Shown piece by piece: positions 13,065 to 25,367 of a DNA stretch of 64,000 nt. The stretch is from Marsupella aquatica. Taxonomy: Eukaryota > Plantae > Marchantiophyta. The notes beneath the pieces were generated by a model, which saw only the letters and a list, made by a program, of their open reading frames with translations, made no database searches and was not told the DNA's origin. The position numbers and the translations under genes were made by a program. Where the stretch lies: the NCBI GenBank assembly GCA_973895155.1, contig OZ316896.1:19890754-19954753 (forward strand), given 5' to 3'. The stretch's first letter is position 1. Each line of letters begins with the position of its first letter.

Positions 13065-15386
13065 TCATGATAGACTCATGGCCTTTCCAGAGGTCAAAAC
13101 CGGAAAAACTTCCGGAGTTCCGCAAGCTAAGGGTTTTCCAGATAATTCGAAGGGAAGTAAAATAGCATCAGCTAGCTCCTTTTCAGCATCTTTTCCTCCT
13201 GTAGGCGGTGGAATAATGCAAGGAGGTCGAGCCATTAACCTGTACACCATCGCTTTCAGCCACTCCACTGTAAGTATGTGCTGTTTGTTAAGTTCTTGCC
13301 TGATATCAGGATTGCGTTTGAACCAGAAATTACCGAGCATCTTGTGGACATGACCACGAACCATTCGCATGGGTACTGGATACTTTTCGCACAGATTCAA
13401 GTACTCTAGGATCAGGGCTCGCTCATCTAATTTATGCACCTGTGGCTGTTGAATTGTCGTTTCCCCAGTGGAACATTGATCACCAGTTACCTCCTCAAAA
13501 TCGACATCCTCCAGAGTATGAGCTGGACGATACCCCGCAAACAAAGCCGGGTTCTCAAGTAAAGACTCGGCAGACATTACTCCATCTACTCCTGTGTATG
13601 CGATGCAGGCATGCACATCCTCAACCCATCTGATGTTCCCGTTGCCCAAAACTGGAATTCGAAGGGCTTGTTTCACAGCTCGAATTGCATCCCAGTCTGC
13701 CCTGATTGACTTCCCATCCTTCTGATCCCTTGTCCTCCCATGCACGGCCAGCAACGAGCATCCAGCCTCTTCCAGCATTCGAGCATATGCCAAAGTGTCT
13801 TCTAGATCAGGAAACACCCGAATCTTACATGAGACTGGAACTGTGAGGTTGGATGCGAGCTTGGACACTAGAGATTTTACCAGTGGCAGATTATCCATCA
13901 GAAAAGCTCCGTAATATCCTTTCTTAGCAATACGCTGTGGACATCTGCAAAAAAATACCCAAGATAATCTGTCAATGACACCAACATCCCTCGGTCTTGA
14001 AATTGAAACTGGGAAAACCTCGAATGGGAAGCAATCAAGTCCAGAAACTAACACTCATAACCAAAAACCAAGACCACCAGGTTTGGACTAGAAAAAGTAC
14101 CCAAGGTTTATGTCCACGTAGTCGCAAACTGGCTCAACCAACCGGGCTGCCTCTAACAGAGTATCTGGATTGTTTGCACAGAACTGTACAAACAGAGGGC
14201 GGTCTTCCTGCACTTCCAACAAGTAATCACCTTCAGCTGACAAGGCCATTACAAAGTGCAGCCAAGGAGGTCGGGAATATAGATTTAGGACTCAGAATCT
14301 TACATTCTGATTGTCTCAGCCCGTTCAAGTACCTATGCGCATGGTAGCAATCAGAGCCGCCTAAATACCTTTCAACTTAGAATGCTCTTCCGCGTCATGA
14401 AACTCCAGGAAACAAATTTAGAAACGAAAATAATTGAAGAGTGGATTGCAAAGGCACAATTGTTGTAGAGTTTGAAGATACTCCGAAAGAAATCATACAA
14501 AAGACAGGTTCTGGAAACCCATTCCAGCTCATCTGCTGAATAGAATGAACTGCTATAAGACCTGGGGGAAAAAGAATCTGCTTACCGGACAAGTAGAGAA
14601 CTCTTTTGTTCTATATTTCCCGTCTTGGGCAAACAGTCGGGCGTGGAGCATTGGGGTATATGCAGCTGTTGCCCCATATTTTCGACAAAGCATTCGAAAC
14701 GGGAGCTCCGACTGATCAACCATCGGCGCAACGTGCATCTTCGGTTCACCCAGTTTTCTCCAATGATCCCATGCCCTAGCAATCCGCCCTTCGATTTCAT
14801 CTTCGTCCGGACTGCTGGACTCAACCTCTTTTGTCCTTAATCGCTTAGCCAAACCCTCTCCACCTTCCAACCTGTCCTCCTCTTTACTCTCAGCTCTACC
14901 TGAACCAGTGCAGTCGCACCTCGTCGCCTCGTCAGTCGAAGGCAACGGGCTCGTATCAGCAAAATTATCCGGAGTTGAAGGACAGGATCCCTGCGAATTC
15001 TTCACTAACGTTTCCTTGTCGCCCCCATTGCACGCCCTAATGACATCTACCCCGGATGCGTGACCATTTCCATCTGCTTCTTCCTGTCGACCATCAACAG
15101 TCGATTTGACCAATCCATTCGAAGAGGAGAAAGGATTTTTCCCGGCATAGATGACAGAAGAGGCCAGCGTCGGCGACGCAGATGAATACTCTGCGCGTTC
15201 ACCATTCGACCTATCTTCCCGGACGACGGCCGCTGCTGAGGCCATCGCGACCCCTTTGGAGAAACTTGTTCCTTTCCCAAAACTCAGATCACTCTTGACA
15301 TCGCCACGACGGGAAAGCGAAGCGCATCTCTTGATCAAATTCCGGCTCAAAATCTCCGGAGCAATGATGTCCAACGCTCTGAACAT
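13065..15386 (-). CDS. DUS1: tRNA-dihydrouridine(16/17) synthase, DUS1-like
   Basis: Exons 15386 (or ATG 15245)-14586 (VAPMVDQSELPFRMLCRKYGA), 14207-14101 (EDRPLFVQFCAN ... VDINLG), 13944-13065 (CPQRIAKKGYYGAFL, AVHGRTR, NGNI). The catalytic NLGCPQ is rebuilt across a splice. Confidence 0.95.
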
Positions 15387-16176
15387 CACCGTGGAAGAAA
15401 CAGAGAAGGCCTACAGATCACAGCAATTCATTCAAACGGGTTCCAAGATACAGGGGATCTGAGGAACGTGCCAGATTAGACTATTGCACAATGAGACCCG
15501 GAAAGAAAAATGTAACAAGCATCGACAATGATGAATCAGAATTGTGAGCATTGAAGCTGGGCATGGAGGCGAGAGCAGCCGTCGAAGAGGAAATCAACCC
15601 TTCCTCATCCATTCGTACATAGTCTGTGGTACAGAATTCTCTTTTGTATCCTGATAAACTGTCTTAGGATTCGATTTTGTATCCTGATCAACTATGCCAA
15701 TTACCTAAGTATCCTGATAAAATATATTAGGTTTCAGGGTTGCTTTATTGTGCCATTTTGCTTTGGCTTTTGGGGACTTTGGGTTTATTTGTCGCCCCTT
15801 GATCGATGGGATCTTTCGCCTTTTGGGGTAGTGTCTCCTGGTTGGGCGCTCCTTGTTCTATAGCAAACTGTTCTTTGGCAGTTTGCTATATACATATAGA
15901 TAGATATAGATATACCCTTTCCTTGGAGACAGTGATGAATCTTTGATCTTGAACTAGTCTGATACGATCTTAAACTCTGCTTAAACTAGTCTGATACGCG
16001 TTTCTTAAATAGAGAATAAGCCAAAAACAAATACTGCAAAATGAAGAATTAAGTGTTATTCCCCTTCATCTTGCCCACATCCTTGTTTATTGTCCACCCA
16101 CATTTACACACAGTTTTGAAGTTATTGAAAGTTATGAAAATCATGGTCTAGAGGCTTCACTGTAGACCTTAGCCCT

Positions 16177-16283
16177 GGAAAGTAACTTCTCTTTGCACTT
16201 TATAATAAGAAGGATATTTTTGATGAATTTGGAAAGTAACTTCTCTTTGCACTTTATAATAAGAAGGATATTTTTGATGAATT
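16177..16283. repeat. Perfect 54-bp-period tandem duplication
   Basis: GGAAAGTAACTTCTCTTTGCACTTTATAATAAGAAGGATATTTTTGATGAATT at 16177 and 16231. Confidence 0.9.
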
Positions 16284-19200
16284 CATTGTGCGTTTTTCTG
16301 TTTGCTTAGTTTACTTGCTTGTTGCTGCTATTATGGGCCCTACTGTAGTATGGGCTATTGCTGGCCTCCTCGGGGAGTTATCCCAGGAGTTGTCCTTAGT
16401 TTGTTTGGCTCTTGTGATTTGGTTGCTGTGTGCTTTCCCCCTCCCATGAGCTTTTTGTGGGTTAATAAAAAAATGAAAATTTCCAAGGAAGTCTATGTTA
16501 TTTTCCATTCATCTTTGCCCCACCCCATATTTTGTCCACCTTCATTTTCAATTTTGTCCTTACTGAGAGTTACGGTCTAGAGGCTTCACTCTAGACCATA
16601 TATAGCTAGCCATGGAAAGTAGTTGTGCATTGCGCTTCATTAGTAAAGTTACTTATCAAACTGCAAAAGCACAAATTAAAGGAGCCCAACTGGGAGACAA
16701 GATGCGAAAGGCACAAGTCCAATCAAGGGAAGGAAATCAAAGAGCCAAAAGTCAAGAGCAACCAATTAATTAAACTAAGAGAGCACCACTTTTTTCTTGT
16801 CTTTTTCCTTTTTCCCTCCAAAAGAAAGAGGGCAAAAACCCCCCAACAAGCACCCCCATTCAAGGGACAAAAGCCAACAGGGAGGGAGCACACCGTACCG
16901 AGGCCCACGACAGACAAATGACCCGACCAAATTAACCATACAACCCTAATCAGGCCAAGAGCTCCGAGAAGGCCACCAGAGGGTAGTCAACTTCAGAATA
17001 CAATCTCAATGTCTCCTACCAATAGTGCAGCAGTAACAACTAAAGCACCCCTCAAAGGACATCACATTTTAGTCCTAACCTAGTTGACGTCTCTAATCCT
17101 CTGCTCAGTCCAACCCTGAAAATCCAAGTGATAGCTCTGTCTCAGTGGTATCCACTAAAACAACTAGGAACAAAAGACCTAAAACTCTACCTAAAACTCT
17201 ACCTATCAGCAAACTGAAGAGCCTGGTAGAGCTCTGAAGTGAACCACACAGGAGGGTCTAGCAAAATTATCTGTCTAGACTCCCTAGAACTAACCTCCTA
17301 ACCCCTACAAAGGATAGTGAATGTCATTCTGAACTGCAACAGAAAAATTCAGTGCACTGCTGACTGAAAAACTTACATTGTTCACTTTGATTAGTGTTAC
17401 TCACACTAATTCAAGAGTAGACATTTTATGGTTCTACCTGAGAATTAGTCTCAAAAGTGTAAATATAGTGGAAACTAAGTTATTTTGAAAAATACCAAGT
17501 GTTCCTTCCGACGCAAGATCACCCATGTTTTATTAGCACATTTTAGCAAAAGTGAAAAAGAGCTCTAATGTTGGAAATCTGGCAAGAGTTAGTGTTACTC
17601 TGGACTCAAGATCACTTTCACCAACATTTGTGTAATAGCTTTACAATTGTTCACCACTTTCTTAGCATATGTACTGGCGTTGCTGTGACAACAATTCTTA
17701 TGGGTGGGCTGACGAGAGGAGTTGCCCGAGACATTTGGAGAACTATGGATCGTGTTCTGTAATGTTAACTCTTACCTAACACTAATTATGTGAATACTGT
17801 AGGTCACTGAAAATTAGTAATTATTGAAAAGCTTTAGTCAAAGTAAACTTATCCGGAAAGTCTTTATTTCTTATGTGTTGGTGCTTGTTTTGGAAAAGAG
17901 TTCTCGTTGATTTGGTTGCCAAAAAGGTTTCCATGCAGATCTCTCCTTTCCTCCAACTTAATTTTGTCATGTCCTGCAATTTTTTGCCAAAAAAGAGTCA
18001 CCAGTCATGCCTGGTTAAGCAAAAGAATTTGCAGAGAGGTTCAGAATGGTTTTGAATGAAATTTAGATTGTAATAAGTGATTCCAACAATTTAATTTTTT
18101 GTAGATGACCTCCTGAGTTTATACTAGGTTACCATTATTTTGTGTGAATATAAACTTTGCCACTCTTTCTAGTTTAATTACTACTTTGCACTTTTTTAAG
18201 CCAAAGTTACACAAACTAACTTGGGTTAGCTCACGCTGATCCAACAGTGGCCAAATTTACATCTGATGGCTGAAGTTCCCCTAACTTGAGCCTGTACGTT
18301 GCCCTCCAACTTAGGAGTGGGTCTCTTGCTATAGAGAGGCACTTGGGACAATTGATTGCAAGAGGCTCACCCCCAAGGTGGAGGGCTGGACTAGGATGGA
18401 CCTATCAGGCTTAATTGGAGTTTTGATTTTTTAATTCAGAAAAATGTACAAGGTGATCACTGTTGGATTCATATCTAAAACAGTCTGAGTTAGTAACTTG
18501 TCTAACCCATGGTGAAAAGAGATGGCAAAGTTCTAATTAAACTGCGACTACCCATATATAATGGGGATGCGTTCACAATTTCCCCCTTTTCCACATTCCG
18601 CTTACTCCTTTCCTCTACCGTCCTAGTCTGCTCCACTATTTCACTAAAAAGGTTCTTAAAGTAGTGAAACCTAGTCGATCCAGGTTTTGTCATGGCAAGT
18701 GGCAATTTAAACTAAAACAAATGGCAAAACTACAAACACTGGGAATAAAAAATGACAATCTACACGAGTAAACCTCATAATCTTTTTGCTTAGACCCTTA
18801 TAATGGGTTATGATGCTTAAGATTACTTCGTACTAGCCTGACTACTGGGCATGAGTGCTGGTTCTTCCAACATAATACAGGTGAGGACATTCAAACCCGT
18901 TGGATGCAATTTACCTTTGAATCAATTAATTCCCAATGACTCCTCACACCTTGCATCATTTTCAGAGACTCATCCTTCCTCCAATCCCCATTTTCCACCT
19001 CCAACCATAACCCCGGACCATAACTCCAATCACACTTCAAGAGTCATGACATAGAGGATGTGCACTCTAGACTGTAGGCCATGAATAGTAAAGTAAGTTC
19101 AGATCACAATTATACACCCAAATTAGTGAAATGTTGTGCAAGTAAGAGGTACACAAGATCCTTACTTGCCTTAGGCGATGACAATAAAAACCAAATTTAG

Positions 19201-22200
19201 GAAACCTATGTACCAGGCTAACTTGAATACAAGAGGTATGCATGTTTCTAAATATCATTTCTGTTATTCACTAGAAAGATAGAATCTTTCTCCATTGGCA
19301 GAAATTCCATAAAACTTACTAAGTGCTTGGATTCACTTTAGTCAAATCTAAATGCAGTGGGAAAGGAGAGTTTCAGATAGCAAGATTAAAGACATTGAAA
19401 GGTGTCAAAATAATTTAATTGGAATCTAAGTAATACAAGTGATGCACCGTCTTATGGCACGTTGAAATAAAAGTACACAACAAAAATCTTAATCTATATA
19501 ACTAATTGCAAAGAGAAGCTAGGGTTGGGGTCTAGGCTTTGATAGTGAAATATCTATGTCATGACTCTAGAGGCTAAAATGTATGCGGAGAGAAAAAAGA
19601 TTGGGGGATTGAGTAGCAATAATTGTGCAATCCAAAATAGGTAACTATATCTGTTGAGAGTTGACTATAATTTTTAAAAGGCATAGGCAATAAAAAGTAT
19701 TATAGACTTAAGTTTATGTAATAAATATTTTCTGTTATGTATCTTTTGCAAAGAAAAATAGGTAATCAATATTGAAAATAGAGAATGTTAACTCTTAGAA
19801 TATTTTTATAAAATAGCAGTATACATATTAGACTAGGATTGCACATGATACCCAAAATATACACCAAGTCAACCTCCCATGGATAGTATATTATGGATGT
19901 GAAAATGATGATCATATATGATATATTTTGTCATCATTTGTATTAATATTCACAGAATGTGCATTTGGGCTCATAATGCAATCTATTGAAATTTTAAGAT
20001 GGGTTGGTCATACCCTATTGGCAAATAATTTATCTGTAACTATATATCAACCTCTCAAACCGTGCTTTCCATGGTAGGTTAAGAACGTTGGGCCAAAGGG
20101 GCAAGACTTAGTTTCCGTGGTGAGCATTTAAGCCAGACACTCCTCACATGTTTCCTTGGACCTTACTAGAAAAACTCTCTCCGGTTCCCATGGTTCATAA
20201 ACATCAACCTATGAAGTGCTGGATGTCACTACATTTAATCAAAATGGCACCACTGAAATCAAGATTTGTGACGTGCCATGGGAAGTCAACAAGAATGATG
20301 TGCAAGTTTTAGAGCGATGGAAAGTAGTATGCAACATCCCTTCTCCCAAAGTCTCAAATTTTATGGTGCTGCCTGCTTATGGACCTTGTTGAATCTATTT
20401 TTCAATGCTATGCAGTATGCGGTGATTATAAACACAGCTCTGACTAATCTCAATAGCATCATCATTCATTGTCTGTCTGCAGAGCGCTTATTAAGAAAAT
20501 ATCACCCAATAGATGCACCCAGTTGACAGTTCCTACAGGCTTCCATTGGAGAATATTGTCAACACTCCACATTGTGAGGACACAAATAGAGAAATTTTTC
20601 TCCCATATAGGCATTCAATATTATTCAATATAACCCAAGTTCTTGCACTTTGTACAATGTTTGAGGGCTTTTGATAGCCAAGGATGTTCCAATGAGCAAA
20701 ATCTTGTCTTCAGTTATTTTATCATGAATTTGAATTTTGCTACTTTTTTTAATGAGCCTAACATTATTAGGCAGATTTTGTCAAGTACAAGATTACTAAG
20801 TTTGAATTTCTCTAGCTTTTTATTGAGACATATAGAATTGAGTTCATTGGAAAGCTAGAGAAATTCAAACTTTTATGATCATGAACTACCAAGGAGATTT
20901 GTTAGTTTATTTTATTTTATTTTGCTATTTGCTATTTTTAATTGTGCTTAAAATCAATTTTCTAATTATTTTACGATTACTAGGTCTAATTAGACTAGGA
21001 AAAATTATTTTTCTTGCCCCATATCAAACACCATCAATCATGCTTGTTTGTTGTTTAAAAACATAAAGCATTTGTGTTTATAATTGAAAGCATTAATGTC
21101 TCGGGGGGTCACTTCCATGGAAGTGACATATCAAGTGTGATGAAGTATATGGTCATTTAAATAGTTTTGACAAAAGACTTATTAAGTCTTCAATGGAAAT
21201 ATAGAGTTGTTTAGTTGTAAGATGCACACATGTCATCACGTGATTGGTGTTGTACAACTTTATATATAGTGATTTAGGGGGGTCAGAAATGATCTAAACC
21301 TTCGTAGGTGATGTATGGCCCTCCATATCGTGACCTTCCCAATTATATTCATTTGGCCACATGCGGTGCTAGGGATTTTGGAATGAACTTTCCATGGGGG
21401 TCCAAAATGTCATAAAATTGGTGCAACAATGTCCTCCATACAGCAGATTGAATGGGGTACTAACTTGCATTTTGGTGTTTAATATGGCTTTTATATGGCG
21501 AGTGGCCAATTCAGATTGGCTTTTAGTGTCTAATTTTATCAAAAATGATATATGGGTTGTAATGAATTGTAATAGCACTCGATGAGCTTAGTTTGCTTGA
21601 ATGTGAACTGATTGGGTAGAGTGGTGAGTCTTGGCGGTTGGGGTAGCAGCCTCGTATCTCAGTCCAAGAATGCACCAGAAGTCTCACATCTAAATCTACT
21701 ATGATAGAACTAATTAAGTTCTAGTGGTGATCTTAGTAGGATGGCTGGTGATTTCAGAGAGAGGTGGTGAAGCTGTTTTCCGGGCCTCCAAACAGATTGG
21801 CAAATTTTAGCTAAAGTGGGCAGAGACTGCTAAACCCCTGGAGATTCTCTCTAGGGAGTGATGGTGAGTTGCTAATGTTGGTTGAGCTGGGCCACCTACA
21901 ACAGGTAAGCAAGGGCACACTTTCAGCCTTTTTTCAGTGTCAAAAATTCTCCATTTCTTAACAACTTTTTGCTAGCTACAGTACATTTTGTTTGTCTTCC
22001 AGTAGCCACCCCACTAGTCAGAATCCGGCAGTTATCCTTAAATCTAGGGAGATCCAACAGTCAAAAATTAATCTCACCCAAGGTTAGCATCCTCTCCTCC
22101 TGACAAGATGATATGCCCACCCGCTGAACCCCCAAAATACTTAAGTATTACCCTACTCCTATAGCAGAGTTTTTTAACAGGCAAAAATCTGCTAGTCAGA

Positions 22201-22496
22201 TTCAACCAAAACAGTTCACAATATGTGGCAAAAATTAGCTAGATTTCGCCCCACTGAAAAGTATTTGCAACTGTTGGCAAAAGTTACTTAGGCATTTTCT
22301 CTCCCATTAGCCATTATCTCACCTAGCCACACACCCCACTAGCCAGAATCTTAAGCTTATCTTGAAAGCCAGGGATATCAATCTAGGGACATGATTGCCC
22401 AAGCAGGTATGGCTCTGGTAGCTCTTGAGTAGGGACTCATAGGTCTTGATTTCAAAGAAAAGCACTTGAGAAAGTGAACCTTGAAAATAACCAGCT

Positions 22497-22610
22497 GGCT
22501 TTGGTTAGTTGGCCAAAGGCTGAGCCTAGAAGCTAGAGGTCCCAGGTTCAATCCCTCCTCCACATGCAAGGGGTGTGGAGGGTATGTGTGTGTATGAATA
22601 GGATAATGTC
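22497..22610 (+). mobile_element. tRNA-derived SINE-like repeat, copy 2 (5' part)
   Basis: Aligns by eye with 4737-4850, including box A TGGTTAGTTGG and box B GGTTCAATCC (22545). Confidence 0.65.
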
Positions 22611-23203
22611 CTGATAAGAGGGCATTGTGAGACATAACCCTCCAAAAAACAAGCTAGGGCTACAGCCCAAGTTTTGAGTGGAAGTATTCTCATAATTCCT
22701 GTAACCATGACATTAAGGGACATAAAAACTTGAGTTGATTAATTTTTTGGGAAGAGACAAGATATAGTGAATCTCTGAAATAGAAAATAGAAATTATGGG
22801 GCCATACAAGAAGTTAAAAACAAACCTTGTGATATTTGATACAATTTGTTATTTTGTTGTACATGACAAAACTATATTTGAGTTTTACCTATCTTACATT
22901 CATGGTGTATTGCATAATCCCCTACTCAAATGAAGAGAGGTTGTGTGGAAAATTAATGCAATAAAAAATACAAAAGGAGCACAAAAGTTTTTGTGTGGGT
23001 GGGGTGTAGTGGTGGGAGTTTTTCCTCAGCCCCTAGCTAGCCAGCTTTGGAGCCCTGGTTCAACCTTCTCTCCCTCCTGGTCTAGTCCCTCTATGATAGT
23101 CCCCCCTTGTGGCCTACCCGTGCATATTCCTTAGTGGTGGGAGTCCTGGTTTCTCCTCAGGTTCTGGCTAGGGAGCTTTTGGGTTCTGGTTCAACCTTCT
23201 CTC

Positions 23204-23472
23204 CAGTGTTTTTTTTAGTGGCGAAAATTCGCTAGATTCCACCTCCCCAAAAATCCTTCGCCACTTTTGGCTAAAATTCGCTACTTTTCTGCTATCTCAT
23301 TAGCCAGTGTTCCACCTAATCCTAGGCCCCAGAATCTAACGGTCCGCCTTAAATCTAGGGAGATCTGACGGTCAAGAACATAATTGAATACAAAATCTTT
23401 TGAGCATCTTCTCCTTGACAGGCTTTCCATTCGCCACCTTGGCGAAAAAGTGAAATCCTTAAAAAAACACTG
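23204..23472. mobile_element. hAT-type MITE inserted in a SINE-like fragment
   Basis: TIRs CAGTGTTTTTTT ... AAAAAAACACTG with a perfect 8-bp TSD CTTCTCTC (23196-23203 and 23473-23480). Confidence 0.8.
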
Positions 23473-23582
23473 CTTCTCTCCCTATATAGCATGCTCATCC
23501 TGGAACATGCTTTACTTTTTGTCTTGTAGTGATATTAAGTGGACAAAATTAAAGAGTAAGACTAGAATACATATTAAATGTG

Positions 23583-23782
23583 AATGAAATCAAATAATAT
23601 AAATAAAGTACATACAATAAAAGCACATAGTGACCAATGGAAAGTACAATTTCATTACACAAAGTTGCTACGAGTTGTGCACAATGAAATCAAATAATAT
23701 CAATAAAGCACATGCAATAAAAGCACATAGTGACCAATGGAAAGTACAATTCTATTACACAAAGATACTATGAATTGTGCAC
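23583..23782. repeat. ~100-bp tandem duplication
   Basis: AATGAAATCAAATAATAT ... AAGCACATAGTGACCAATGGAAAGTACAAT ... TTGTGCAC occurs twice with a 100-bp period. Confidence 0.85.
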
Positions 23783-25367
23783 GTATTTCAGTGTGTCTTA
23801 TTAATGACTCTTATTCAATAAAAACCATAAACTTAGGAAAAAAAGACACAAGGGGAACTTAAGACAGGATGTGCTGACATTTCTTAGAATCATTTCTCTC
23901 ACTCATGAGTATACTTAAAAGCGGTAGAAAATGAAACCCTTAGTTTTCTCTCTAGGACTTAACAAAGTTTACAAATTAAGGCCTTAGTTTTCTCTCTAGG
24001 ACTTAACAAAGTTTTCTCTCTAGGACTTAACAAAGTTTTCAAATTATACAAATTAAGGGGGCTGCCAAAATAAATTCAAAACACTATAAAATACCAAAAA
24101 TTTAAAGGGGTCCAAAAATGAATTAAAATTCTATGTGATACAAAGGATGCCCCTTGTTAAGGTACATTCAAATAAAAATTCATGATACACAAATATGAAT
24201 AAGACAAAACATGAGAGTTGGATTCACCATATAGCAGCTTCAAAAATTTCTTAAAAAAAACACTGCTTCTCTCCCTATAGGGTAGTCCCCCCTTGTGGCC
24301 TACCAGTGCATATTCCAAAGTAGCTCCTATCTTGTGTTGGATGAGTCTACTTTTGGCTTGGCATTCAAGGCCAAAAACAAAAGAAAAACATTGAAAAATA
24401 AAGCTGCACACTCCCATAGCCTGAGCCCAAAGCCCTTTGACTTTGTCCCCTTTAAGAGAGAACAGGGGAAGGTTCTCACGAATAGCCCGGTCTCAAGCGA
24501 GGCCCATCCCACAGATCCACCCACGACTCTGTTCCCGAGAGCTGCCATGAAGTGTGCCTCAATTACAGTCAAGCATTCCATTCCATGATTCCATTGGGCA
24601 GTTCATCAGTGCAATCTTCCAAGTCTCATGGCAAAGGGTATTCCTCGACAGGTTAAGAATCAGTGGATTTGACCTTTGCGCTGTGAAGAAACGATGGACG
24701 CTTTTCTTGAGCAATTTCCATGCAAGCCGCGATTCAGAATGAGAACTACGGATCGAATTTGCTTTCTCGTCCTCTTGCATTGGGCACCGTGTTCTTCCTG
24801 GAAGCACCAAAGCCGTGGCTCTCAATCCAGGCCTCTCCCTCCCTGCACTAGGTTTGCTACCGATCGATGTTGGCCCACCTTCTACTGGGTCAATTGGAAA
24901 CAATTGTTTGGAGTTTGGCGTTTTCCTCCTTCTTTTCCGGAGTGAAGATAGCCAGTTTGTGATTAAAATAATGCCTTGAGACAAGAAAGAAGTCGAGCGC
25001 ATGACGCAGAGTCAGCTTCACCGAGCAAGCCTCGTGCTGTGGATTGAGTGCCCATGAAGCTTGGAATTTGTCTAGGTTACAACTTCTCAACAACTGCGAT
25101 GGAGAAGAAGTCGAAAGCTCTATACGTTCCACCTTAGCCTCACAAGTTCTCCCACTGAACGTTTCATCTGACAATCGAACATCAACATTCTCTGTCTGTT
25201 CCCTGTGAACGTTCTCATTAGCCTGGCTGAATGGAAATCACGCCTTACAACCTGGTACAGGAGTACTTCGATCTATGAAATTCTTCCGAATTTTGATGTT
25301 CTAGAAATTTATCATCCAGGAATACGAGAGAGCTCCAGCAAATTAGAGTACTGGTTTGGAAGCGACG

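Noticed and set aside
17100-21600. Possible decayed transposase remnants in AT-rich DNA
   Set aside because: Only short broken frames; no motif I could assign with confidence. BLASTx would be needed.
24559-25174. 147-aa and 94-aa minus-strand ORFs upstream of SURNod19
   Set aside because: No recognisable domain or convincing splice structure.
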